Source of the DNA: Geotalea daltonii FRC-32 | Lineage (GTDB): Bacteria; Desulfobacterota; Desulfuromonadia; Geobacterales; Geobacteraceae | Direction of reading: 5' to 3' | Assembly (NCBI RefSeq): GCF_000022265.1 | Contig: NC_011979.1 | Span: 3,750,001-3,782,000 of the forward strand | Length of the DNA stretch: 32,000 nt | In this document: positions 9,442-15,796 of the stretch, one piece after another | Layout of the letters: every line of letters starts with the position of its first letter | Position numbering within the stretch: the first letter of the stretch is position 1 | Translations under genes and position numbers: made by a program | Notes under the pieces: generated by a model | The model's database searches: none | What the model saw: the letters and a program-made list of their open reading frames with translations, nothing else | Told to the model about the DNA's origin: nothing

Positions 9442-10851
9442 ATGGCGAACATCCTCATCATCGACGACGACGACCTGATGTGCCAGTCACTGTCCCACGT
9501 GGCGAAACGGTGGGGGCACGAGGTAACCTGCACCCATACCCTGGCGGCAGGGCAAAAGCAGGTTTCAGACCATGATTTTGACGTGGTTTTCCTTGATGTG
9601 CGGATGCCCGATGGAAATGGGTTGATGGTTCTTCCCCTCATCCAGGCTGCCTCTTCGGCGCCGGAAATCATCATCATGACCGGCTACGGCAATCCGACCG
9701 GTGCAGAACTGGCCATCAACAACGGCGCCTGGGACTACATCGAAAAAGGTTCTTCCGTAAAAGAAATTACCCTTTCCCTGGTACGGGCACTGGAATACCG
9801 CAAGCAGAAGCAGAACAGCAACGCAGCAAGAAACGTGGTGATGCTCAAGCGGGATGGCATTATCGGCTCAAGCCCGCGCATCAACGCTTGTCTGGAGCAG
9901 GTAGCTCAGGCTGCAGGCAGTGACGCCGGTATCCTCATTACCGGCGAAACCGGCTCGGGCAAGGAACTCTTTGCCCGAGCCACCCACGCCAACAGCAGAC
10001 GGGCGGAAAAGCCGTTTGTCGTTGTGGACTGCGCAGCCCTGCCCGACACCCTGGTGGAGAGCCTGCTTTTCGGCCATGAAAGAGGTGCCTTTACCGGAGC
10101 GGAGCAGGCGCGCCCTGGGCTTGTTGCCCAAGCAGACGGCGGTACCCTCTTTCTCGATGAAGTGGGCGAGCTTCCCCTTACCATGCAGAAAGCCTTTCTG
10201 CGTGTTTTGCAGGAACACAGATTCCGTCCGGTGGGCAGCCAGCGGGAAGTTACCAGCGATTTCCGGCTGATTGCCGCCACCAACCGAAACCTGGACGAGA
10301 TGGTGGACAGGGGAAGCTTCCGTCAGGACCTGCTCTATCGCCTCCGTACCTTTGCCATCGAACTTCCCCCCTTGCGAGAGCGTCGGGAAGACCTTAAAAT
10401 CCTTGCCAGAGGATGTGTAGACAGGCTTTGTGACCGGTACTCCCTTGGCGCCAAGGGCTTTGCGCCCGATTTCCTGAGGATGCTCGTCTCGTATCCGTGG
10501 CCGGGAAACGTGCGAGAGCTGTTCAATGCCATGGAACGTACTGTTGCCGCTGCAGGCACCGAGGCCATCCTTTTCCCCAAGCATCTGCCCACCCACATTC
10601 GCATTCATGTTACCAAAGCCACCGTCGGCAATGGCCAGCCCCATGCAGAATCCCCTCCCCGGTCCATGGCTCCCTTTCCCAAATACCATGATTTCCGCGA
10701 GTCAATCCAGGTCCAGGCGGAAAGGCAATACTTCCTGGACCTGCTATCCCTTTCACAGGAGAACATTGCCGAAGCTTGCCGCATCTCCGGCCTCTCCCAA
10801 TCCCGCCTCTATGCATTGCTGAAAAAACTGGAGCTGCCGAAAAACTGCTGA
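9442..10851 (+). CDS. Sigma-54-dependent Fis-family response regulator (NtrC class enhancer-binding protein)
   Basis: 469 aa. Receiver ILIIDDDD...VVFLDVRMPDGNG; AAA+ Walker A GETGSGKE; sigma-54 contact loop GAFTGA (ERGAFTGAEQ); C-terminal HTH IAEACRISGLSQSRLYALLKK. Its position matches bccR of the G. sulfurreducens cbcBA locus (from memory, unverified). Confidence 0.9.
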   Translation: MANILIIDDDDLMCQSLSHVAKRWGHEVTCTHTLAAGQKQVSDHDFDVVFLDVRMPDGNGLMVLPLIQAASSAPEIIIMTGYGNPTGAELAINNGAWDYIEKGSSVKEITLSLVRALEYRKQKQNSNAARNVVMLKRDGIIGSSPRINACLEQVAQAAGSDAGILITGETGSGKELFARATHANSRRAEKPFVVVDCAALPDTLVESLLFGHERGAFTGAEQARPGLVAQADGGTLFLDEVGELPLTMQKAFLRVLQEHRFRPVGSQREVTSDFRLIAATNRNLDEMVDRGSFRQDLLYRLRTFAIELPPLRERREDLKILARGCVDRLCDRYSLGAKGFAPDFLRMLVSYPWPGNVRELFNAMERTVAAAGTEAILFPKHLPTHIRIHVTKATVGNGQPHAESPPRSMAPFPKYHDFRESIQVQAERQYFLDLLSLSQENIAEACRISGLSQSRLYALLKKLELPKNC

Positions 10852-10860
10852 AAGTTACCT

Positions 10861-11040
10861 GGTTTCCATCCGGAAAGGGTTCTTTTCTGCCCTGGCGGCG
10901 TCAATCTGCGGGCTTTCTTGTGCGACGTACCGATGTACGTCTCCGCGCAAGCCCTTGATTTCCTTGTCAGAACAAAAAACCCCCTCTTTCCGAATCGGAA
11001 ACCACCAGTTTCTCATCCGGAGTTTCCAGATGGAAACTAC
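10861..11040 (+). repeat. Left copy of a ~180-bp inverted duplication; carries TTTCC-N4/5-GGAAA dyads (candidate enhancer/UAS sites) and a central hairpin
   Basis: The reverse complement of 10861-11040 aligns base by base with 12288-12467 (about 13 mismatches in 180 by hand alignment). Dyads: GTTTCCATCCGGAAAG (10862-10877), TTTCCGAATCGGAAACC (10987-11003) and GTTTCCAGATGGAAAC (11022-11037). Central hairpin: GACGTAC-cgat-GTACGTC (~10924-10941). Confidence 0.85.
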
Positions 11041-11242
11041 CTGCCAGGGATCATTCCTGTGCAACGGGAATTTCCCGAAATGCAGGAATGATCTAACCAG
11101 CTGATAAGGCGATACTTTCATCATAAGCCTCGTTCGATCAAATCCATCCGTAGGAATTGTCCTGATTAATCCAGCTATCCACCATTGCCATAACCAACCG
11201 AAATCATTAACTAATTTGTAAAAAATTAATTTGAATTAATTA

Positions 11243-11258
11243 TGGCATTACCGTTGCT
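11243..11258 (+). promoter_or_regulatory. Sigma-54 (-24/-12) promoter TGGCAT-N5-TTGCT
   Basis: tGGcattaccgttGCt has GG-N10-GC spacing identical to the consensus TGGCAC-N5-TTGCW. It lies ~45 nt upstream of the ATG at 11302, ~205 bp downstream of the dyad cluster, and directly downstream of a sigma-54 activator gene. AT-rich, possibly bent DNA lies in between (11150-11240). Confidence 0.8.
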
Positions 11259-11301
11259 CTACCCTGGTTGAGACCAACGTAAATCGTGAAAGGAGAGCGT
11301 C

Positions 11302-11550
11302 ATGAAAAATCCAGCCGAAAACAGCAAGACCTGGAAAATCGCCAGCGCCCTGATAGTCGGGCTGATTGCAACCGGCACCCTGCTCGTGGCGGGGGTGGCA
11401 AATATGCCCGCCGATAGCGGGATGCTGGGCAATCTCTTCATCTTCTTCATCGGCGCCATCATTGCCCTGCAGCTGGTGCCGGGGCTGATGCTCTTCGGCG
11501 CCATGGCCAAGGGTGTCTACAACGCGCTGCGCAAGGAAAAAGAACTCTGA
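11302..11550 (+). CDS. Small membrane protein (82 aa, two predicted TM helices)
   Basis: Strong RBS GAAAGGAGAG 7 nt before the ATG. Hydrophobic segments IASALIVGLIATGTLLVAGV and LFIFFIGAIIALQLVPGLMLFGA. First gene after the sigma-54 promoter. Confidence 0.6.
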   Translation: MKNPAENSKTWKIASALIVGLIATGTLLVAGVANMPADSGMLGNLFIFFIGAIIALQLVPGLMLFGAMAKGVYNALRKEKEL

Positions 11551-11561
11551 AGGAGAAGACC

Positions 11562-11963
11562 ATGAACGAGCGGGAAATCCTCATAGCCGACAGGGACAGT
11601 GAATTCCGTAACCAGATCGCTGAGTATTTCCGACAGGCGGGTTACCAGGTGGAAACAACCGATTCCGCTATCCATGCCTTCTGCAGCATCCTTGAAAAGC
11701 ACATCCCCGTAATTCTTCTTGGAGATGATTTCGATGGCAAACTCGCTTCTGCCGACCTGGTTCCTCTCCTGAAAAAATGCAACCGGCAGCTGGCCATAAT
11801 TGTCGTATCCGACGAAATGCCCCTGTCGATGGCCAGGAAAATCAGGCAAGAGGGCATTTTTTATCACGCCTTTAAACCAGCCGGTCCAGCCGACCGGGAA
11901 GAGCTGCACCAGGCAGTCAGATGCGCCCTGAAGAAAACCTTTGCAAGGAGCCGGATTGATTAA
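11562..11963 (+). CDS. Stand-alone receiver-domain protein (atypical CheY-like)
   Basis: 133 aa, RBS GAAGGAGAAG. Receiver-like beta-alpha pattern: ILIADRD..., PVILLGDDFDG, IIVVSDE, FKP. The acidic pocket and the loop after beta-3 deviate from the canonical DD...D-x-x-MP-x-x-DG. Confidence 0.65.
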   Translation: MNEREILIADRDSEFRNQIAEYFRQAGYQVETTDSAIHAFCSILEKHIPVILLGDDFDGKLASADLVPLLKKCNRQLAIIVVSDEMPLSMARKIRQEGIFYHAFKPAGPADREELHQAVRCALKKTFARSRID

Positions 11964-11984
11964 ACTTCCAGGGAGGAACAGACC

Positions 11985-12218
11985 ATGAGACTAAAAGCTG
12001 AAATCATTGGGGTAGTTGCAGGTACGGCCACCTCCACTTTCGCGGCAGGTGAGCCAAGGGAGGATGGCAGCGGCCTGGCTGTCATCATCTTTCTTGCTTT
12101 CTGCGCCCTGATTGTTGTCGGCCAGCTGCTGCCAATCTTCCGCACCCGCATCAACCAGAGGAGAGCGCAACTGGCTGCAAAAGAGGCCGTCACCGGTGAC
12201 AATGGAGAGGATCGATGA
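11985..12218 (+). CDS. Small membrane/secreted protein (77 aa)
   Basis: RBS GGGAGGAAC upstream. One clear TM segment (LAVIIFLAFCALIVVGQLLPIF) followed by a basic stretch RTRINQRR. No family recognised. Confidence 0.5.
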   Translation: MRLKAEIIGVVAGTATSTFAAGEPREDGSGLAVIIFLAFCALIVVGQLLPIFRTRINQRRAQLAAKEAVTGDNGEDR

Positions 12219-12278
12219 CCCCCCTGCTCACCTGCGTTCGCTTCCCTCCTATGGAACAGTGGGGATCGAGGGGGGTAT
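12218..12278. repeat. Intergenic C-run/G-run repeat family, copy C, immediately after the stop of the 77-aa ORF
   Basis: acccccctgctcacctgcgttcgcttccctcctatggaacagtggggatcgaggggggtatgg aligns with copies A and B. Confidence 0.8.
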
Positions 12279-12287
12279 GGAAACTAA

Positions 12288-12467
12288 CTAGTTTCCATCC
12301 GGAAACTCCGGAAGAGAAACTAGTGGTTTCCGATTCGGAAAGAGGGGATTTTTTGTTCTGGCTAGGAAATCAAGGGCTTGAGCGGAGACGTACATCGGTA
12401 CGTCGCACAAGTAAGCCCGCAGATTGACGCCGCCAGAGCAGAAAAGCACCCTTTCCGGAGAAACTAA
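12288..12467 (-). repeat. Right copy (inverted) of the ~180-bp duplication with TTTCC-N4/5-GGAAA dyads
   Basis: Aligns with the reverse complement of 10861-11040. Contains the perfect dyad GTTTCCATCCGGAAAC (12291-12306), GGTTTCCGATTCGGAAA (12326-12342) and the hairpin GACGTAC-atcg-GTACGTC (~12387-12404). Together with repeat copy C it fills almost the entire 272-bp gap before the cytochrome gene. Confidence 0.85.
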
Positions 12468-12489
12468 CTATTTTGTGAGGAGGTAAACC

Positions 12490-13584
12490 GTGAAAGATAT
12501 AGAAATTGCACCCTTGAATATCTTGCTTACACTTGCCGGCCTTGCTTTCTGTGCCGTGGCCACCAGTGCCGACGCCGAGAGTTTTTCCTATGGCGGCACG
12601 GACGGCAAAAGCAGCAACTGCCTGGTCTGCCATGAAAATAGCAAAACCATCGGCGCACGCTATGCCATCGATCGCGAGCAATACAGCCACACCAGTCACG
12701 CCAGGATTGGCTGTGTCGCCTGCCACGACACGGTTTCACCAAAACATCCGGCCGACGGCATCGCCTCGAAAAGATCCGAATGCAGCCAATGCCACGATGA
12801 CACGGCTGGGGAATATGCCAGCAGCAAGCACGCCGCCAAGGCCTCCTGCCGAGACTGCCACAACCCCCATCGGGTCAGCGCCCCCAAGGAAATATCCGGC
12901 CAGGAAATGAACAGGATGTGCGCCGGCTGCCACAATCGGGAAAGCATGGAAGCCAGGCATGCAACGTGGCTGCCCCAGGCCGACCTGCACCTGGGCATGC
13001 TCCCTTGCGTCACCTGCCACACCGCTTCCGAGAACTACCTGATCACTCTCCATGTCATAAAAAGGGATGGGAACAACCGCTACGGCGAGTTCAGGCTGGC
13101 CACATTCGCAGAGCTGGACAAGCTGGCAGGAGGAAAGGATATTCGCTCCCTGGTCGACACCAACGGCGATACATATATTTCCCTGGCGGAACTGCGGCTG
13201 TTCAACGAAAAGCAGGATCAGAGGATGTTCAGGCTCCAGGGGGTGATGGTTCCCGAGAAGGTGACCCATGACTTCCAGACCCTGGAGAATCGCTGGGACT
13301 GCACCTTCTGCCATGCATCAGGTCCCCGGGCCATGCAGAGGAGCACCCTGGCCCTGCCGGAGAAAAACGGCACCTTCACCCGCATTGACGTGGAAAAGGG
13401 AGCCGTCCTAGAGGCGCTGGGAAGCACACCGGATTTCTATATGACTGGAGCCACCCGCAACGGGGCCCTGGACAGGATCGGCCTGGCAATCATCGCCGGA
13501 GGGCTGGTAATGCCGGTGGGGCACGGCTTCCTGCGATTTCTGACACGAAAAAACAGAAAAGAAAGGAGTCATCGCCATGAGTGA
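12490..13584 (+). CDS. cbcA: Seven-heme c-type cytochrome with N-terminal signal/anchor and C-terminal TM helix (CbcA-like)
   Basis: GTG start with RBS GAGGAGG. Seven CxxCH motifs: CLVCH, CVACH, CSQCH, CRDCH, CAGCH, CVTCH, CTFCH. C-terminal hydrophobic IGLAIIAGGLVMPVG. It overlaps the next gene by 8 nt. The symbol is assigned by synteny with the G. sulfurreducens Cbc5/CbcBA cluster, from memory. Confidence 0.8.
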   Translation: MKDIEIAPLNILLTLAGLAFCAVATSADAESFSYGGTDGKSSNCLVCHENSKTIGARYAIDREQYSHTSHARIGCVACHDTVSPKHPADGIASKRSECSQCHDDTAGEYASSKHAAKASCRDCHNPHRVSAPKEISGQEMNRMCAGCHNRESMEARHATWLPQADLHLGMLPCVTCHTASENYLITLHVIKRDGNNRYGEFRLATFAELDKLAGGKDIRSLVDTNGDTYISLAELRLFNEKQDQRMFRLQGVMVPEKVTHDFQTLENRWDCTFCHASGPRAMQRSTLALPEKNGTFTRIDVEKGAVLEALGSTPDFYMTGATRNGALDRIGLAIIAGGLVMPVGHGFLRFLTRKNRKERSHRHE

Positions 13585-14290
13585 AAAGAGGATGATCTAC
13601 CTGCAGCCGACCCCGGTACGCATATGGCACTGGCTCAATGCCCTGGGCATCATCACTCTCTGCGTCACCGGCATTCAGATTCGCTTTCCCGAATTCCTGG
13701 CCATCTTCGGCAGCTACAAGACGGCCATCATGCTCCATAATACCGCCGGCATCGTCGTCTCCCTCTCCTTCTCCCTCTGGTTTTTCTACTACAAATTATC
13801 GGGGAAGCTGGCGAAGATCTATGTGCCCAATTCCGACGAGCTCAAATACGGGTTGGCGCGCCAGGCATTCTTCTATTTCTTCAGGTACTTCCGTGGCGAT
13901 CCCAGCCCCCATCACGCCACGCCGGACAACAAGTTCAACCCCATGCAGAAGTCGGCCTACCTGGCTATCATGTTCGTCCTCATGCCGCTGGTGGCCCTGA
14001 CCGGCATTCTGCTCATGAACGTATCGCCGCTACGCGAGCTGGTGCTGTTAAGCGGCGGCCTGAAGATCCTCGTCACCGTTCATTTCCTGCTCGCCTGCTC
14101 CCTGTGCGCCTTCCTCTTCACCCATGTCTACCTGGCGACCTTGGGGCACACCCCCATGGCATACATCAAGCCCATGTGGAGCGGCTGGGAGGAAACGGAA
14201 GGGGATGAGGCAGTAACTCACCAGACCATAGGGAAAAGGAAGAATCCAGGATCAGTGCCGGAACCCGTTGAAGAAAGGAGGTTGCCATGA
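13577..14290 (+). CDS. cbcB: Di-heme b-type cytochrome membrane subunit (PhsC / FdnI / Ni-Fe hydrogenase cytochrome b family; CbcB-like)
   Basis: 237 aa with about 5 TM segments. Conserved His in TM helices (IWHWLNA, MLHNTAG, VTVHFLLA, FTHVYLA). Translationally coupled to the flanking genes. Confidence 0.75.
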   Translation: MSEKRMIYLQPTPVRIWHWLNALGIITLCVTGIQIRFPEFLAIFGSYKTAIMLHNTAGIVVSLSFSLWFFYYKLSGKLAKIYVPNSDELKYGLARQAFFYFFRYFRGDPSPHHATPDNKFNPMQKSAYLAIMFVLMPLVALTGILLMNVSPLRELVLLSGGLKILVTVHFLLACSLCAFLFTHVYLATLGHTPMAYIKPMWSGWEETEGDEAVTHQTIGKRKNPGSVPEPVEERRLP

Positions 14291-14769
14291 CAGGACAGAT
14301 AACCGACACCAAGCAGGGGAACAAATATATCAAGCAACAGGAAAATGAAAAGGCTCTGACCTCCCATTCCCGCCGGGGCCTGTGGGGCATGGTCCTCTTT
14401 CTCGGCATCAGCCTCGGTGCACTGGCATTACGGGATGCGCAGCTCCTCGCCGCCCTGCCGGACACGGTGCGGGCACTTTTAGGAGATACCCCGCCACCGG
14501 TGCTGGTCCACCTTGCCCTGGCAGCTTCCACCGTTTCGGCGCTGATCCTCATCCTGGGCAGGATCACCGGCCACACCCGGCCAGACTACAACTGGATCAA
14601 CATCGCCCTGCCGGTCCTCTTTTACCCCCTCTATCTCATCGCCGATACGGACCGCAGCAGCTTTATCTCCGTCATGGCGGTGGGGCTAACCCTGTTGTTG
14701 CTGGAACATCTCACCGTGCGGCACTGTGCGGTTAGAGAAGATAAGAAATCGTCGAGTGATATGCATTGA
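14287..14769 (+). CDS. Integral membrane protein, unknown function (sits where cbcC does in the Cbc5 cluster)
   Basis: 160 aa. ATGA overlap with the preceding gene and RBS AAAGGAGG. Three to four hydrophobic helices. Confidence 0.55.
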   Translation: MTGQITDTKQGNKYIKQQENEKALTSHSRRGLWGMVLFLGISLGALALRDAQLLAALPDTVRALLGDTPPPVLVHLALAASTVSALILILGRITGHTRPDYNWINIALPVLFYPLYLIADTDRSSFISVMAVGLTLLLLEHLTVRHCAVREDKKSSSDMH

Positions 14770-14770
14770 T

Positions 14771-14960
14771 TGTAGGGGCGATCCTTGTGATCGCCCGGTT
14801 TTCAATAGTCCCGTGGTCCGTAGGGGCGAACCTTGTGATCGCCCGGTTTTTCAATGGCAATCGGATCAGGGCGAACACAAGGTTCGGCAACACCCAAAGG
14901 CGGGCGAACACAAGGTTCGGCAACACCCAAAGGCGGGCGAACACAAGGTTCGCCCCTACC
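14771..14960. repeat. Cluster of REP-type hairpins, including a 33-bp unit in about 2.7 tandem copies
   Basis: Hairpins: GGGCGATC-cttgt-GATCGCCC (14776-14796), GGGCGA..TCGCCC (14824-14844) and GGGCGAAC-acaag-GTTCGCCC (14935-14955). The tandem unit gggcgaacacaaggttcggcaacacccaaaggc occurs at 14869-14901 and 14902-14934, plus a partial third copy. The motif GTAGGGGCG..CGCCCC is the classic REP partner of RAYT transposases. Confidence 0.85.
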
Positions 14961-15002
14961 GGACATGACGATAATTCCGTGGAAATGGTTGGGCATGACC
15001 AC
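14802..15002 (-). pseudogene. Remnant of a REP-associated tyrosine (IS200/IS605 Y1-like, RAYT) transposase
   Basis: The minus-strand frame reads ...EYVVMPNHFHGIIVMSGRGEPCVRP...GDHKVRPY. VMPNHFHGII is the HUH motif block. Both the N-terminal part and the C-terminal catalytic-Tyr part (WQRNYYEHIIR-type) are absent, and the frame dissolves into translated REP units. Confidence 0.65.
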
Positions 15003-15036
15003 GTATTCATCCCATTCCCGCGCAACCTCGCAAATA

Positions 15037-15065
15037 TTGACAGACAGAACAAATTGAGATACAAA
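15037..15065 (+). promoter_or_regulatory. Candidate sigma-70 promoter and operator of the toxin-antitoxin pair
   Basis: TTGACA (15037-15042), a 17-nt spacer, then TACAAA (15060-15065). The dyad TACAAAATGTA and a repeated TACAAAA overlap the -10 region, as expected for RHH-antitoxin autoregulation. Confidence 0.4.
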
Positions 15066-15097
15066 ATGTATTACAAAACAGAGTACAGGAGTTACTT

Positions 15098-15415
15098 ATG
15101 CCTGCATTGAGCCTGCGCCTGCCCGAAGATCTTGATAATCGACTGGATGAAGAAGCCAATCGGGAGGGCCTGCCCAGATCAGAAGTAGCCCGCCAGGCCA
15201 TATCCGAGTATATTACCCGCCGTGAAAAAGAACGTTTCATGGCCGAACTGGTGGCCGAGGCCAGCGCGGGCTATGCAAACGAGGCTATCCGCAACGAATC
15301 CATCGAAATCACGGAAGAATTCCTTCCACTGGACAACGAGGCCCTCGATATCGCCGAAAGTCGCAAGCCTGGTGAACCCCGCCCCGAGGAAACAGGCGAG
15401 CGGTGGTGGAAATGA
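15098..15415 (+). CDS. Ribbon-helix-helix (CopG/MazE-like) antitoxin
   Basis: 105 aa. N-terminal RHH signature LSLRLPEDLDNRLDEEANREGLPRSEVARQAISEYI and an acidic C-terminal tail. The stop overlaps the toxin start (ATGA at 15412-15415). Confidence 0.8.
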   Translation: MPALSLRLPEDLDNRLDEEANREGLPRSEVARQAISEYITRREKERFMAELVAEASAGYANEAIRNESIEITEEFLPLDNEALDIAESRKPGEPRPEETGERWWK

Positions 15416-15756
15416 AGCGGCGCGGCGAGATATGGACAGCCAACCTCACCCCCGGACGCGGTCGTGAAATCGCCAAAATACGGCCTGTTCTGGTCATCCA
15501 GGATAACGCCCTTACGGCAAGAGGCACGCCGATGGTGGTTATTCTGCCACTTACCACACAAGTTTACCCATCCTTCAAACTCTGGCGCATAATGATCGAG
15601 CCGCGAGACCGGCTGCTCAAGCCTTGCCAGGTCGTCGTCGACCAGCCAAGAGCCCTCGATCTCGATCGTTTCGGCGATGGCCCTTTGACCAGCCTCACCC
15701 CAGAAGAAATGGCAGCGGTGGAGAAGAGCCTAAAAGGGGTGCTGGGGCTGCTTTAA
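15412..15756 (+). CDS. mazF: MazF/PemK-family type II toxin (endoribonuclease)
   Basis: MKRRGEIWTANLTPGRGREIAKIRPVLVIQDN...VVILPLTTQ is a typical PemK/MazF N-terminus. The ORF track opens at GTG 15403; I prefer ATG 15412 because of the ATGA coupling. Confidence 0.8.
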   Translation: MKRRGEIWTANLTPGRGREIAKIRPVLVIQDNALTARGTPMVVILPLTTQVYPSFKLWRIMIEPRDRLLKPCQVVVDQPRALDLDRFGDGPLTSLTPEEMAAVEKSLKGVLGLL

Positions 15757-15796
15757 CGTCTGGGCGATTTTATGGTCGGCAGTGGCGCCCCGCTGG

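Noticed and set aside
10893-10909. A sigma-54-like TGGCGGCGTCAATCTGC inside the left inverted-repeat copy
   Set aside because: The GG-to-GC spacing is N12 instead of the required N10. The true consensus site is at 11243-11258.
10776-10958. 60-aa + ORF ending ...VRRTDVRLRASP, and 12370..12726 - ORF ending ...VRRTDVRLRSSP, which could suggest a duplicated small gene
   Set aside because: The shared peptide is simply the consequence of the 180-bp inverted DNA duplication. There is no RBS, and both ORFs overlap better-supported features.
11041-12287. The idea that the cassette between the 180-bp inverted repeats is a phase-variable invertible promoter switch (inverton)
   Set aside because: No site-specific recombinase is encoded nearby, the arms are far longer than typical inverton repeats, and a single assembled orientation gives no evidence of flipping. 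It is kept only as a low-probability alternative inside the main finding.
14726-14968. 80-aa + ORF with the repeated peptide GEHKVRQHPKAGEHKVRQHPKAGEHKVRPY, plus overlapping ORFs 14766..15110 + and 14732..15064 -
   Set aside because: They are translations of the tandem 33-bp REP units. Only the minus-frame VMPNHFHGII block looks like a real (decayed) coding remnant.
15734-15770. A possible 28th, heavily decayed CRISPR repeat overlapping the mazF 3' end (aaggggtgctggggctgctttaacgtctgggcgattt)
   Set aside because: Only 16 of 37 positions match, mostly in the 3' half. The implied spacer would be 26 nt, and the segment is constrained by the mazF coding sequence. This is consistent with chance.
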